This document shows, in pieces, positions 38,938 to 48,806 of a DNA stretch of 64,000 nucleotides. Within the stretch, counting starts at the first letter, position 1, and each line of letters begins with the position of its first letter. Under the pieces are notes generated by a model that was not told where the DNA came from, searched no databases, and saw only the letters and a program-made list of their open reading frames with translations. The stretch is from Bdellovibrionota bacterium FG-1 (lineage in GTDB: Bacteria > Bdellovibrionota > UBA1018). The stretch covers positions 1-64,000 of the forward strand of contig JBBCAW010000021.1 of NCBI GenBank assembly GCA_051382295.1, given 5' to 3'. The position numbers and the translations under genes are program-made.

Positions 38938-39219
38938 ATGAGATCTGCTGCTAAGAGTACTAATTTTCATGTCCCTCTTCCGGAGGAGACCTATTCGGAA
39001 CTCAGGGAAGCCTCTCAGGATCTGAATCGTCCGGCCACGCAGCTTGTGCGTGAGGTGATTCAAACTTGGCTAAAACAAAGGAAAAAAGAAGTTTTGCGGC
39101 AACAGCTCGCGGCTTACGTTTCTACCCATTCTGGAACTCGCTATGATCTTGATCCGGAGTTAGAGGCAGCCGGAATTGAGCATTTATTAGATCAAGAAGC
39201 GGGGGCGAAAATAAAATGA
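38938..39219 (+). CDS. Ribbon-helix-helix antitoxin
   Basis: FHVPLPEE...EL...S.......LVRE.I RHH pattern; overlaps the toxin start. Confidence 0.8.
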   Translation: MRSAAKSTNFHVPLPEETYSELREASQDLNRPATQLVREVIQTWLKQRKKEVLRQQLAAYVSTHSGTRYDLDPELEAAGIEHLLDQEAGAKIK

Positions 39220-39563
39220 AGCGGGGCGAAATTTATTGGGCTGACCTGATTCCTCGGTCTGGGTCCGAGCAGCTGGGCAGAAGACCCGTCATCATTATTT
39301 CGCATGACGTGTTCAACGAAAGCCCTCAGTGGCATTCCATCATTATTGTTCCTGTCTCGACCTCTGAAAAACAGGCACAGCGTGGTCCTTCCGCGGTTTT
39401 TCTTCAAAAGGGAACGGCCGATCTTAAATACAGTAGTGTCGCCCTTTGTCATCAGATCACAACATTAGATCGTTCCAAGTTTAAAGAGCGAATTGGGATG
39501 CTTCCGGCCTCTATCCTTTCTGAAGTTGAAAGCGGGATTAAGGCGGCTTTGGATATTGCGTGA
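39216..39563 (+). CDS. mazF: PemK/MazF family endoribonuclease toxin
   Basis: MKRGEIYWADL.P..GSEQ.G.RP..IIS, VP.ST and QITTLD motifs. Confidence 0.93.
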   Translation: MKRGEIYWADLIPRSGSEQLGRRPVIIISHDVFNESPQWHSIIIVPVSTSEKQAQRGPSAVFLQKGTADLKYSSVALCHQITTLDRSKFKERIGMLPASILSEVESGIKAALDIA

Positions 39564-39590
39564 AGTGTTTTGCCAGCATATATCCATATT

Positions 39591-41273
39591 ATGGCGCAAA
39601 AATTTGCTTATTCGATGCAGGGTGTTGGAAAGAGCTATCCCCCCAATAAACAGGTTCTTCGGGATATTTGGCTATCTTTTTATTACGGCGCCAAAATCGG
39701 TATTTTAGGTCTGAATGGTTCTGGAAAGTCAACCCTTCTCAAAATTATTGCCGGTGAAGAAAAAAACTTCAATGGTGAGGCAAAGCCCACTGAGGGCATG
39801 AGCATTGGCTATTTGCACCAAGAACCCGCGCTCGACGAAACCAAGAACGTTCGTGAAAACATCATGTCGGGATTGGGCGAGGTGGTTAAATGGCTCGCTC
39901 GATTCAATGAAATTACCGAGGCATTTTCCAATCCTGATTTGGATCCCGACAAAATGGAAAAGCTGCTCGAAGAGCAGGGGAATCTTCAAGAAAAAATTGA
40001 GCATGCGAATGGCTGGGACATTGATCGCACGCTCGATATCGCGATGGACGCGCTTCGTTGCCCTCCTGCCGATTGGCCGGTCAAACAGCTTTCAGGGGGC
40101 GAGCGCCGCCGAGTGGCCCTCTGCCGCCTCCTTCTTCAAAAACCTGACATTTTACTCTTGGATGAGCCGACCAATCATCTCGACGCGGAGTCGGTCGCTT
40201 GGCTTGAAAAATTTCTTCATGGCTATCCGGGCACTGTGCTCGCGGTCACTCACGATCGTTACTTTTTGGACAACATCGCGGGTTGGATTTTGGAACTCGA
40301 CCGCGGCCATGGAATCCCTTGGGAGGGGAATTACTCTTCATGGCTGGAGCAAAAACAGGGACGTTTGGCCCTGGAAGAAAAGCAAGAGACGAAGCGGCAA
40401 AAGAGTTTGGAACGCGAGTTGGAGTGGATTCGGCAATCTCCGCGCGCTCGGCAGGCCAAGAGCAAAGCACGTATTTCTGCGTACGATAAACTTCTCAGTC
40501 AGGATTTTTCCAAAGCCGTTGAAGAAATGGAAATTTTTATTCCACCCGGACCGCGCCTGGGGAATTTGGTTTTTGAGGCCAATAAGATCAGTAAAGCTTA
40601 TGGCGAAAAAGTATTGTTTGAAGATCTTTCGTTCAATATCCCCCCCGGCGGCATTGTGGGGGTGATCGGTGGGAACGGTGCGGGTAAAACGACGCTCTTT
40701 AGGATGCTCACCGGCCGGGAAAAGCCGGATTCCGGGGTGATTCGAATCGGTGAAACCGTTAAGATCGCTTACGTTGACCAGTCTCGTGATGCGCTGGATC
40801 CAGAAAAAACGGTTTGGGAAGAAATCGCCGACGGTAAAAATGAAATGATCCTGCTGGGAAATCGCGAAGTCGCGTCTCGTGCTTATTGCGCGCGTTTTAA
40901 TTTTACCGGTGCGGATCAGCAGAAAAAGGTCGGTATTCTTTCAGGCGGTGAGCGAAATCGCGTTCATATGGCCAAGCTTTTGAAAAGTGGCGGCAATGTG
41001 CTGCTTCTCGATGAACCTACCAACGATTTAGACGTCAATACGCTCCGGGCCTTAGAAGAAGCACTCCTGAATTATGCCGGTTGCGCCTTGGTGATCAGCC
41101 ATGATCGTTGGTTCTTGGATCGTATTTGCACGCATATCATGGCTTTTGAGGGTGACTCAAAAGTCGTCATGTTCGAGGGTAACTTCCAGGAGTACGAAGA
41201 AGATAAGAAAAAGCGCTTGGGTTCCGAAGCGGTGGAGCCGCACCGGATGAAGTTTAAGAAGTTAACGCACTAG
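39591..41273 (+). CDS. ettA: Energy-dependent translational throttle ABC-F protein
   Basis: [44 protein letters not shown] and two ABC cassettes. Confidence 0.96.
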   Translation: MAQKFAYSMQGVGKSYPPNKQVLRDIWLSFYYGAKIGILGLNGSGKSTLLKIIAGEEKNFNGEAKPTEGMSIGYLHQEPALDETKNVRENIMSGLGEVVKWLARFNEITEAFSNPDLDPDKMEKLLEEQGNLQEKIEHANGWDIDRTLDIAMDALRCPPADWPVKQLSGGERRRVALCRLLLQKPDILLLDEPTNHLDAESVAWLEKFLHGYPGTVLAVTHDRYFLDNIAGWILELDRGHGIPWEGNYSSWLEQKQGRLALEEKQETKRQKSLERELEWIRQSPRARQAKSKARISAYDKLLSQDFSKAVEEMEIFIPPGPRLGNLVFEANKISKAYGEKVLFEDLSFNIPPGGIVGVIGGNGAGKTTLFRMLTGREKPDSGVIRIGETVKIAYVDQSRDALDPEKTVWEEIADGKNEMILLGNREVASRAYCARFNFTGADQQKKVGILSGGERNRVHMAKLLKSGGNVLLLDEPTNDLDVNTLRALEEALLNYAGCALVISHDRWFLDRICTHIMAFEGDSKVVMFEGNFQEYEEDKKKRLGSEAVEPHRMKFKKLTH

Positions 41274-41296
41274 CTCTACCAAAAGGTGCGGAGCAC

Positions 41297-41848
41297 CTAA
41301 CTTTTCTGCTTAGCCGCAAACTTAGCCATATGCCCTACCGTTTCGCGAAGCTGTTCGATCTGGCCTTCTTCGCGGAGATCGGGGAGTCCTAGTTCATGGA
41401 GGGCGAGCCCGGAAAGCGGAATTCCGTAGCGGCGGAAAAAGTAATGCGCGGCTAGGACTGCGGTTCGGCGATTGGCGTCCTCAAAGCAATGTGCCAGCAC
41501 GAGTCCAGTATAAATCTCAATGGATGCATCAATCGGGTGGCCGGCTTCCGCGACTTCCGTGGCATGGTGCAGTTTTTCCCGCGCGATGACCATTTGATTG
41601 GCGATCACTTCCAGAGTTTCGGTTTTGCCGCCCGGAAGGGTGATCGTCGCTTTTTGTTGTCGCCAGGCCAAATCGGTATCAGCCGACCGTTTGCCCGTCA
41701 AAATATTGTTCAAACGGGCAAGTTCGGAAGTGGTGAGCAGGGCGCGGTGATCCGCAAGGCTTTCGGCCACCTCGCGGGCATGTTCAAACCGGGTCATTTC
41801 GAGTTGCCGCTTGAGTGTGAGCGGGGATTCACTAGATTCTGGAGTCAT
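41297..41848 (-). CDS. Fic/Doc family protein
   Basis: HCFEDANRRTA Fido signature (Doc-like variant). Confidence 0.85.
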   Translation of the reverse strand: MTPESSESPLTLKRQLEMTRFEHAREVAESLADHRALLTTSELARLNNILTGKRSADTDLAWRQQKATITLPGGKTETLEVIANQMVIAREKLHHATEVAEAGHPIDASIEIYTGLVLAHCFEDANRRTAVLAAHYFFRRYGIPLSGLALHELGLPDLREEGQIEQLRETVGHMAKFAAKQKS

Positions 41849-41916
41849 GAGCTTTCCTCTTCCCCAGAATGGAAGAAACCCCCCAGTAGGTCAAGCATTC
41901 GGTTATAATCCCAATT

Positions 41917-42249
41917 ATGAGTTCCGGAATGGACGAAAATGATGCGGACGCTGGCATAGGGGTAGTCGTTCAAGATGGCCGACCTCAGTTGAAAGAGCCC
42001 AGCAAATATGCGGTGCTTCTCCATAATGATGATTACACGACCATGGAATTTGTAATGGAGGTTTTGAAACGTTTTTTTCATCAGGTCGAGGCTAATGCCT
42101 TTGAGATTATGATGAAAGTTCATCAGAATGGGAGCGGTGTGGCGGGCGTCTATAGTTTTGAAATTGCGGAAACCAAGGTTGCGCAGGTGACCGAGGCGGC
42201 TCGGGGTCGGGGCTTTCCTTTGAAATGCACGGTTGAAAGAGAAATATAA
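41917..42249 (+). CDS. clpS: ATP-dependent Clp protease adaptor
   Basis: Y.VLLHNDDYTTMEFV, VH..G.G, EIAETK and FPL motifs. Confidence 0.97.
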   Translation: MSSGMDENDADAGIGVVVQDGRPQLKEPSKYAVLLHNDDYTTMEFVMEVLKRFFHQVEANAFEIMMKVHQNGSGVAGVYSFEIAETKVAQVTEAARGRGFPLKCTVEREI

Positions 42250-42315
42250 CTCGGTGCGCGATGTCAGAGTATTTGCAATAGAGTATAGGCGTGACAGGAG
42301 GGGCAGAGGGAAAAA

Positions 42316-44697
42316 ATGATAGGTCGTAAGGCAGAAACAGTTCTGAATCGCGCTGTTCGTTACGCGGTAGACCATGAACATGAGTATTTTACTCTTGAGC
42401 ATGTGTTGTGGAGCCTGCTGTCTGAATCTTCCGTCGTGGAGACGATCCGCGCCTGTGGGGGAGACTCCGCGCAGGTCCGTAAGGGATTGGAGATTTATCT
42501 GGAATCAGAAGTTCCTAAAGCTTCCAAGCCTACTCAGGAGGACGCTTTCACCGAGCACCCGGTAGCGACTTTAAGTATTCAGCGCCTCATTCAAAGAGCC
42601 CTTTTTCATGTGCAGTCAGCGGGTAAAGAAGAAATCCAACCGCTCGATCTTTTTGTAGCCTTGTTTCAATCCAAAGATTCACATGCGCTCCATCTGCTTG
42701 CGTTGCAGGGGGTTGAGCGTCTCGATGTTTTGAATTTTGTGAGTCACGGTGAGCCTAATGATTCTAACGATGCTAACGATGCTAAGGATTCTGAGGAACC
42801 GGAGCGGGACACGGATCATGGTTCGTCAGCCCAACCCAAATCAATCCCGCACGTCGCAGACGACCCGTTGGCTCTTTATACCACCAACCTGAATGAACGC
42901 GCAAAACAGGGTAAAATCGATCCCCTCGTGGGGCGACAAAACGAACTGGATCGGATGATCCAGACACTGTGTCGTCGTCGAAAAAACAATCCCTTGCTGG
43001 TGGGAGAGGCTGGAGTTGGAAAAACGGCCCTGGCCGAGGGACTGGCTGTTCGTGTGGTTGAAAAGCAGGTTCCAGACCTTCTCAAGGACGTCGTGGTGTT
43101 TGCCTTGGATATGGGGGCACTCTTGGCGGGTGCCAAATTTCGAGGCGATTTCGAGCAGCGGCTCAAAAAAGTTCTTCAAGCCCTCGAACGCACGCGGGAA
43201 AAAGGGCAAATGCCGGTCTTGCTCATTGATGAGATTCACACCATTATCGGAGCAGGCGCGGTCAGTGGTGGGGCTTTGGATGCCGCCAACCTTCTTAAAC
43301 CCCTTTTATCGCAGGGTGAAATCCGGTGCTTGGGCTCGACGACCTATACCGAATATCGCAATGTGTTTGAGAAGGATCATGCTTTGGCACGGCGATTCCA
43401 AAAAATCGATGTTTCCGAACCTTCGGTAGAAGAAGCGATTCAGATCGTAAATGGGCTTAAATCCCGCTTCGAGGCTCATCATGGGATTCGGTACTCCGGT
43501 GAGGCCGTCCGAGCCGCCGTCGAGCTGTCGTCCAAGCATCTGACCGAGCGATTCTTACCCGACAAAGCCATTGATGTGATCGATGAGGCTGGGGCCAAGG
43601 CTCGTCTGAGGCGTGGGACCACGGTGTCGGAGGTGCCCGAAATCATTGATCAGGCTTTTATTGAAGAAATTATCGCACAAATTGCCAGGATTCCCGCGCG
43701 TTCCGTCAGCACGGGGCAAAAAGAGCGGCTCAAAAATCTGGAACGAGATCTCAAGCTGAGTATCTTTGGGCAGGATCACGCCATTGATGCCTTGGTGGTT
43801 TCCATTCGTTTGGCCCGCTCGGGTTTGCGTTCGGGGGATCGTCCCGTGGGGTCATTTTTGTTTTGTGGCCCCACCGGGGTTGGAAAAACCGAACTTTCCA
43901 AGCAGCTCGGACATTGCATGGGCGTTCCGTTTTTACGTTTTGATATGAGTGAATATGGCGAAAAGCATACTGTTTCTCGCTTGATTGGGGCGCCTCCCGG
44001 TTATGTCGGCTTTGAACAACCGGGGCTTTTGACGGATGCAATTTTAAAGCATCCCCACTCGGTGGTTTTGTTGGATGAGGTCGAAAAAGCACATCCGGAT
44101 ATTTGGAATATTTTACTTCAAGTGATGGATCATGGGGTTTTAACCGATAACAACGGCCGCAAGGCTGATTTTAGGAACGCTGTCTTGATCATGACCTCCA
44201 ACGTGGGGTCGCGCGAGGTGGAGCGGCATTCGCTCGGTCTCATGCCTGGCGATGCGACGCAGTCCAATGCTCAAAAGGCTGTTGAACAGACGTTTAGTCC
44301 TGAATTTCGTAATCGTTTAGACGCGATTGTGTATTTCCATACTTTGGATCCCCTGACAGTGGGGCAGGTGGTGGGTAAGCAATTGGTTGAATTGGAGAGT
44401 CAGCTTTTGGCCAAAGGGGTGGAAATTGATGTCGCCCCTGAGGCTCGGGAATGGTTGGCTCAAAAGGGGTACGATCGGCGCATGGGCGCTCGTCCCATGA
44501 ATCGTTTGATCCAGGATCGAATCAAAAAACCTTTGGCTGAAGAGATTCTTTTTGGCCGTCTTGAGCAGGGCGGTGAGGTCGAGGTTCATGTTCGGGATGG
44601 CGAGCTTGTTTTTGATATTAAGCCCAAGGATCGGCGGGATTCAGGCGATAATGCTCATGAGTCCGCTGTAATCGGGCAAGAAAATCATCACGGCTAA
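42316..44697 (+). CDS. clpA: ATP-dependent Clp protease ATP-binding subunit
   Basis: Two AAA+ modules (GEAGVGKT, GPTGVGKT), RRRKNNP, RFDMSEY; follows clpS; no ClpB middle domain. Confidence 0.96.
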   Translation: MIGRKAETVLNRAVRYAVDHEHEYFTLEHVLWSLLSESSVVETIRACGGDSAQVRKGLEIYLESEVPKASKPTQEDAFTEHPVATLSIQRLIQRALFHVQSAGKEEIQPLDLFVALFQSKDSHALHLLALQGVERLDVLNFVSHGEPNDSNDANDAKDSEEPERDTDHGSSAQPKSIPHVADDPLALYTTNLNERAKQGKIDPLVGRQNELDRMIQTLCRRRKNNPLLVGEAGVGKTALAEGLAVRVVEKQVPDLLKDVVVFALDMGALLAGAKFRGDFEQRLKKVLQALERTREKGQMPVLLIDEIHTIIGAGAVSGGALDAANLLKPLLSQGEIRCLGSTTYTEYRNVFEKDHALARRFQKIDVSEPSVEEAIQIVNGLKSRFEAHHGIRYSGEAVRAAVELSSKHLTERFLPDKAIDVIDEAGAKARLRRGTTVSEVPEIIDQAFIEEIIAQIARIPARSVSTGQKERLKNLERDLKLSIFGQDHAIDALVVSIRLARSGLRSGDRPVGSFLFCGPTGVGKTELSKQLGHCMGVPFLRFDMSEYGEKHTVSRLIGAPPGYVGFEQPGLLTDAILKHPHSVVLLDEVEKAHPDIWNILLQVMDHGVLTDNNGRKADFRNAVLIMTSNVGSREVERHSLGLMPGDATQSNAQKAVEQTFSPEFRNRLDAIVYFHTLDPLTVGQVVGKQLVELESQLLAKGVEIDVAPEAREWLAQKGYDRRMGARPMNRLIQDRIKKPLAEEILFGRLEQGGEVEVHVRDGELVFDIKPKDRRDSGDNAHESAVIGQENHHG

Positions 44698-45289
44698 TCG
44701 CTTTGGCTCCCAGGCTCTTCATATGGGGAGTCAGCATTTGAATGTCGATCCACTGGACTCCATGGGCCTGGAGATGGTCGATGAGGGTGATGAGCGCTAG
44801 TTTTGAGGCGTTGGGTTCAGTGTGAAACATGCTTTCGCCCGCAAACACCCCCTGTACCCAAACTCCGTAAAGGCCCCCGACGAGTTGATCCAACGTCGAA
44901 TCCCAGGCTTCGACGCTATGGGCATGGCCAGCCCGGTGGAGGGCTAGATAGGCGCTTTGGATCTCAGGGGTAATCCAGGTGCCAGGTTGATCGGGGCGGG
45001 GTACGGCTGAGCAGGCTTGGAGCACGTTTGCGAAGGCTTTGTTGAAGGTGAAACGATAAGGGGATTTGTTCTTAAAAGTCCGCAAACTTCGGGGAATATG
45101 GAGGTCTTTGAATTCTAAAATCCCCCTTTCGGCAGGCGAAAACCAAGTCATTTCGGGGAATCCCTCAATCGGCCAAGGGAAGATGCCTTGGAGGTAGGCT
45201 TGGACCAAGGTCTCCACCTCCAGATTGGCGCCAAGGGCAACGAGTCCCTCCGGGCCGGCTTTTCTAGGATCAGGAAAGTGGATGGGCAT
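44618..45289 (-). CDS. aat: Leucyl/phenylalanyl-tRNA--protein transferase
   Basis: AY..GIFPW, GTWI, AHSVE.W, LVGGLYG, FAGESMF and ASK.AL motifs. Confidence 0.96.
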   Translation of the reverse strand: MPIHFPDPRKAGPEGLVALGANLEVETLVQAYLQGIFPWPIEGFPEMTWFSPAERGILEFKDLHIPRSLRTFKNKSPYRFTFNKAFANVLQACSAVPRPDQPGTWITPEIQSAYLALHRAGHAHSVEAWDSTLDQLVGGLYGVWVQGVFAGESMFHTEPNASKLALITLIDHLQAHGVQWIDIQMLTPHMKSLGAKAISRDDFLARLQRTHEHYRLNPADPWA

Positions 45290-45346
45290 CTTAAATCCTT
45301 TCACGTTTTAGGCAAGTTATGGTAGGCGTGACGGCAAGGAGAATTT

Positions 45347-45559
45347 ATGGCAACCGCCCAAACAAACGCACAAGCCCCAACCACTGAGATAGCCAAAAAG
45401 CGCGCTTTGCGTCGTCAAAAAAAGACCGCTGGCCGAAAAAAGCTAACCGCTAAGTTAAAGACCAATAAAGAATTTGCTAAGACCTATTTTGAGGGCCGTT
45501 CTAAGCGCGCCAACGAAAAAAAGGTCGCTTTTCGAAAGAAAAAGAGCCGTAAGAAGTAA
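45347..45559 (+). CDS. Small highly basic (Lys/Arg-rich) hypothetical protein
   Basis: AAGGAG SD, 70 aa with about 26 K+R, followed by a terminator. Confidence 0.8.
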   Translation: MATAQTNAQAPTTEIAKKRALRRQKKTAGRKKLTAKLKTNKEFAKTYFEGRSKRANEKKVAFRKKKSRKK

Positions 45560-45594
45560 TTAGATTCTTTTTGACTCCTTTTTGACTTGAGGGG

Positions 45595-45627
45595 GCCGTA
45601 CACTTTATTTTGAGTGTACGGCTTTTT
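45595..45627 (+). terminator. Rho-independent terminator
   Basis: GCCGTACACT/AGTGTACGGC 10-bp stem followed by TTTTT. Confidence 0.85.
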
Positions 45628-45644
45628 CTATTTTGGGAGGTTAA

Positions 45645-46154
45645 ATGTTCGAACTGCTTCAAGGACGTGTTCTCAGTTCAATTCCCACCACCTTCAAAGA
45701 AACGATCTTACTTCGTACTTTTGGAATTCTAAAGATTCCCATGCTTTTTTTTATTTCACCTTCCGTGTTGGAGGTGTCTGACGAGCGGTGCGTGGTCAAG
45801 ATCCCTTTGACCCGGCGTTCGCGCAACCATCTCAATTCCATGTATTTTGGAGCCCTTGCCGCCGGCGCTGATTGCGCGGGCGGGCTGATTGCGATGCGGA
45901 CGATTCAAACGGAAGGGGACGGCAAAGTCTCCCTCATTTTCAAAGACTTTCATGCGGACTTTCTCAAGAGGGCCGAAGGCGATGTGCATTTTACCTGTAT
46001 TCAAGGCCAGGAGATCCGGGCTTTAGTGAGGAAAGCCATTGAATCTGGCGAGCGCGAAAACCTCGCGGTTCATGTCGTGGCGACCGTGCCTTCGAAGATG
46101 GGGCAGGAGCCCGTGGCGAGGTTTGTGCTGACGTTGTCGCTCAAGAGGCGGTAG
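45645..46154 (+). CDS. Hot-dog fold PaaI/DUF4442 thioesterase-like protein
   Basis: RNHLNSMYFGAL..GAD..GG and FLKRAEGDV.F.C motifs; GGAGG SD. Confidence 0.85.
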   Translation: MFELLQGRVLSSIPTTFKETILLRTFGILKIPMLFFISPSVLEVSDERCVVKIPLTRRSRNHLNSMYFGALAAGADCAGGLIAMRTIQTEGDGKVSLIFKDFHADFLKRAEGDVHFTCIQGQEIRALVRKAIESGERENLAVHVVATVPSKMGQEPVARFVLTLSLKRR

Positions 46155-46703
46155 GGGGGCATGGCGTGGGAAATGGGGAGCAGTTGGGCGGATGAGGAGT
46201 GTCACAAAGGGGCGAATTGGGACTGATAAGCTGAGGTTTTCAGCTAGAAGGAAGGATGCGCGCTTTACTTGCAGACAGAACCGCAAAGAAACTGACCATA
46301 TTCCGACGTAGCTCCAGCACAAGTCTTACATGACCATCGATAGCCTGCTGCAATTAATGCGATTGGCATCACTATGAATGGCGACGCAATCATCCAGTTA
46401 TTGGCTGTGTTGGCGACGCTCCATCCAATGCCATACCGTCCACTTCTGTGCTCGGCTTTAATATATTCATCTAAACTCAGGTCGCTAAATAGCTAGTATA
46501 AGCAGGATAAATCCGGGTGTCCGTTAAAAAATCGTGCAGGGTCACCCGTTTGACAAATCGGTCGTGGCTAAGCTCGTTTTTACTAGGGTCTGACGAAGCC
46601 GGGGCCACACCCGCGAAGGTGCGCGGAACCCGAGTTCACTCAATTGTATCCTTGTGTCAATTGTGATAAGAAGAAATAAGAATATTTAAGAAGGGAGATT
46701 CTT

Positions 46704-46934
46704 ATGCCAGCTAAAGCCATTAAAACAGTCACTATTTCGTTGCCGGTCGCAATGGGCAAGGAAATTGAAAAGGTCGCAAAAGAAGAACACAGGACTGTGA
46801 GCGAACTACTCAGGGAAGCCTTTCGCCAATATCAGTCCCAGCGGAATCTCCGCGCCTTGGCGCAGGAAGGCTGTAAGGTCGTCAAACGGAAGAAGCTGAC
46901 CCCGAAGGACTTAGGCGGTCCCTTTCAGGACTAA
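46704..46934 (+). CDS. CopG/RHH antitoxin
   Basis: VTISLP......IE..AKEE.RT.SELLREA.R.Y. Confidence 0.85.
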   Translation: MPAKAIKTVTISLPVAMGKEIEKVAKEEHRTVSELLREAFRQYQSQRNLRALAQEGCKVVKRKKLTPKDLGGPFQD

Positions 46935-46937
46935 TTC

Positions 46938-47183
46938 ATGAACAAGCTGACGGTTTGCCTGGATGCAAACAGTTACATTTCCGGAATCGGATTTGGTGGA
47001 AAGCCGCTGCAAATCCTTGAGCGAGCTTTGAACCGGGATTTTGTGACCGTAACCAGTCCACAAATATTGGATGAGGTTCGGAGAAACCTACTCGGCAAGC
47101 TGGCGCGAAATAAAAAGCGGGTCGATAGATTTCTTGAAGATATGACCGAAGTCTCATCGTTTTTTGGAGCGACTGAGCGGTAA
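46938..47183 (+). pseudogene. Truncated PIN-domain toxin
   Basis: LDANSYISG..FGG.P..IL and SP.ILDEV N-terminal PIN motifs; stops at 81 aa without the C-terminal acidic residues. Confidence 0.75.
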
Positions 47184-47370
47184 AATTTGATCGCCAGAAG
47201 GGGGTATCCCCTTAGCCACTCAGCCGTATTCAGGAAAACCCCCCGTTGAGCAATGAGACCTCGGCGGATTATCGCTTTTTGATTGCCGATCTGGACGAAC
47301 ACACTGCAACAATTTCGAAAGGGATTTGGAGATCTTCTGTAAATTGAGATGATCTTCGGTCAGGGGGTGG

Positions 47371-47751
47371 CTATTTGCCCTTCTTAGATGGCGCAGGTAC
47401 CGTCGGTGACTCAACTCCAGAAACAGTTCCTTTGTTGTAAATCATAAATCTGCAGAGATATTCCTGTGGCAAGTTCTCAAGCTTTGGAAAATGGAGGCAA
47501 AAGATGTGTGAGCCGACCTTTAGGATCGCTCCGGGATAATCCGTACGCTTTTCTTCTTTAATAGCAAGAGAACGATAAGTTATTTTTGCTGGTGCCCCCT
47601 TCAAGGATATCATCACGGGTCCGGCAACTTCCTTAGATCCCATATCGATCAGGTCACCAGCGAGAGGGACTATGGCTTGGTCCTCAGCGGCGGCAGGAGA
47701 ATTAATCATGAGGGCCATCAAAAGTACCTTCACAATTTTGAGAAGAGTCAT
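47371..47751 (-). CDS. Small secreted hypothetical protein
   Basis: Signal peptide (AAA), Cys pair, TAGAAT -10 box 6 nt before the ATG. Confidence 0.6.
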   Translation of the reverse strand: MTLLKIVKVLLMALMINSPAAAEDQAIVPLAGDLIDMGSKEVAGPVMISLKGAPAKITYRSLAIKEEKRTDYPGAILKVGSHIFCLHFPKLENLPQEYLCRFMIYNKGTVSGVESPTVPAPSKKGK

Positions 47752-47886
47752 TGATGAATTCTATCAGGTCAAATTCATTGTCAGTCAAGCAGGAATTATC
47801 GGTGTGGGATGTCGGGGTCGGGCTTTCTAAGCCTCTGTGTCAAAAGTGAGTCTTCTTGTGTTCAGCATCCCGGACGTTTAGAATAA

Positions 47887-48405
47887 ATGCAAATCATGCT
47901 GAATCCAAAAATGCAGCGTTTACTCCTCATGATAGCTGGGCTAGCTTTGCTTTTGAGCACTAGTCATCGGGTTAGTCACCAGGCCAAGCTTTACATCTAT
48001 ATTGGTTGTGTGATCGTGGCATTGCTGATCCACATCATTCAGTCTCAAACAAGCTCTGTCCGCCCCCTAAGAAAAGAAGACTATCCAGAGTTCCAGAGAT
48101 TGGGCGAGGACGCCTTTGTCTCTCGTTTTCGGGAACAGAGGCAAAGATACTGGTTGCCACCCCTCGCTGCCATCGTCGGAGGTATCACACTCCTTTATGT
48201 GAAACAGAGTCAGCCGCACCTCTTTGGCCATCCCGAATATGTATTTCTCGGCGCTTTACTTATGGTTGTGACCGGAGGATGGCTGGGATTGCTCGCGAAC
48301 CGATGCCCCCTGTGTAAAGAGTTGCCTCCGAAATTTGCCAGCGGTTCGTATTACTTTGGATCGGGACCACCCAACTGCTTCCGTTGCGGCGTGAGACTTA
48401 ACTGA
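47887..48405 (+). CDS. Hypothetical 4-TM membrane protein with C-terminal zinc ribbon
   Basis: Four hydrophobic segments; CPLC...CFRCG. Confidence 0.65.
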   Translation: MQIMLNPKMQRLLLMIAGLALLLSTSHRVSHQAKLYIYIGCVIVALLIHIIQSQTSSVRPLRKEDYPEFQRLGEDAFVSRFREQRQRYWLPPLAAIVGGITLLYVKQSQPHLFGHPEYVFLGALLMVVTGGWLGLLANRCPLCKELPPKFASGSYYFGSGPPNCFRCGVRLN

Positions 48406-48760
48406 AGTAGGGGTTATATCGATAGACGCATGGCAATAGGTCGGTGTACGGAACATCCCTTGCTGATCCGTTGTCATGACTTAAATTGAAATGGAAGTAG
48501 GGAGTCGCGATGCTTTCGACAGTTCTAATCCTCTTGATTAGGACCGCAGTCGTCTTTGTATCGCGAGGGAATTAAATCGCCTATCGACGCAAACATTTGG
48601 ACACAAAAGCTTGATAAGAATGTTGCGCCTATTGCGCCGCAACCAACTCCTTTAGTCTAGTAAACTTCCTCATCTATTCCATTTTGCGGGTGCGCTCAAT
48701 CTAACCTCGTTTTTGCTGCTCTTCCAATCGAATACACTCCGGGTGTTTGTGTTCTGCTTA

Positions 48761-48806
48761 AAATACTAGGTTGACCTAGCAAAAATACCAGGTTAACCTA
48801 GTATTT
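48761..48806. promoter_or_regulatory. Tandem palindromic operator abutting the AAA/DUF4143 start codon
   Basis: AAATACTAGGTTGACCTAG and AAATACCAGGTTAACCTAG, 22 bp apart, each a near-perfect CTAGGTTAACCTAG palindrome. Confidence 0.7.

Noticed and set aside
39805..40665. 286-aa alternate-frame ORF inside ettA
   Set aside because: Entirely within a highly conserved gene; no SD or recognisable motifs.
46379..46428. Short direct repeat TGGCGACGC..CATCCA (two copies)
   Set aside because: Only two imperfect copies with no associated gene or structure; could be chance or a remnant.
46586..46640. Hammerhead-like CTGACGA followed by GC-rich stems
   Set aside because: The required GAAA core and closing stems could not be found.
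48510..48656. Possible 48-aa ORF with SD (MLSTVLILLIR...)
   Set aside because: Too short, no family resemblance; cannot be supported without homology or expression data.
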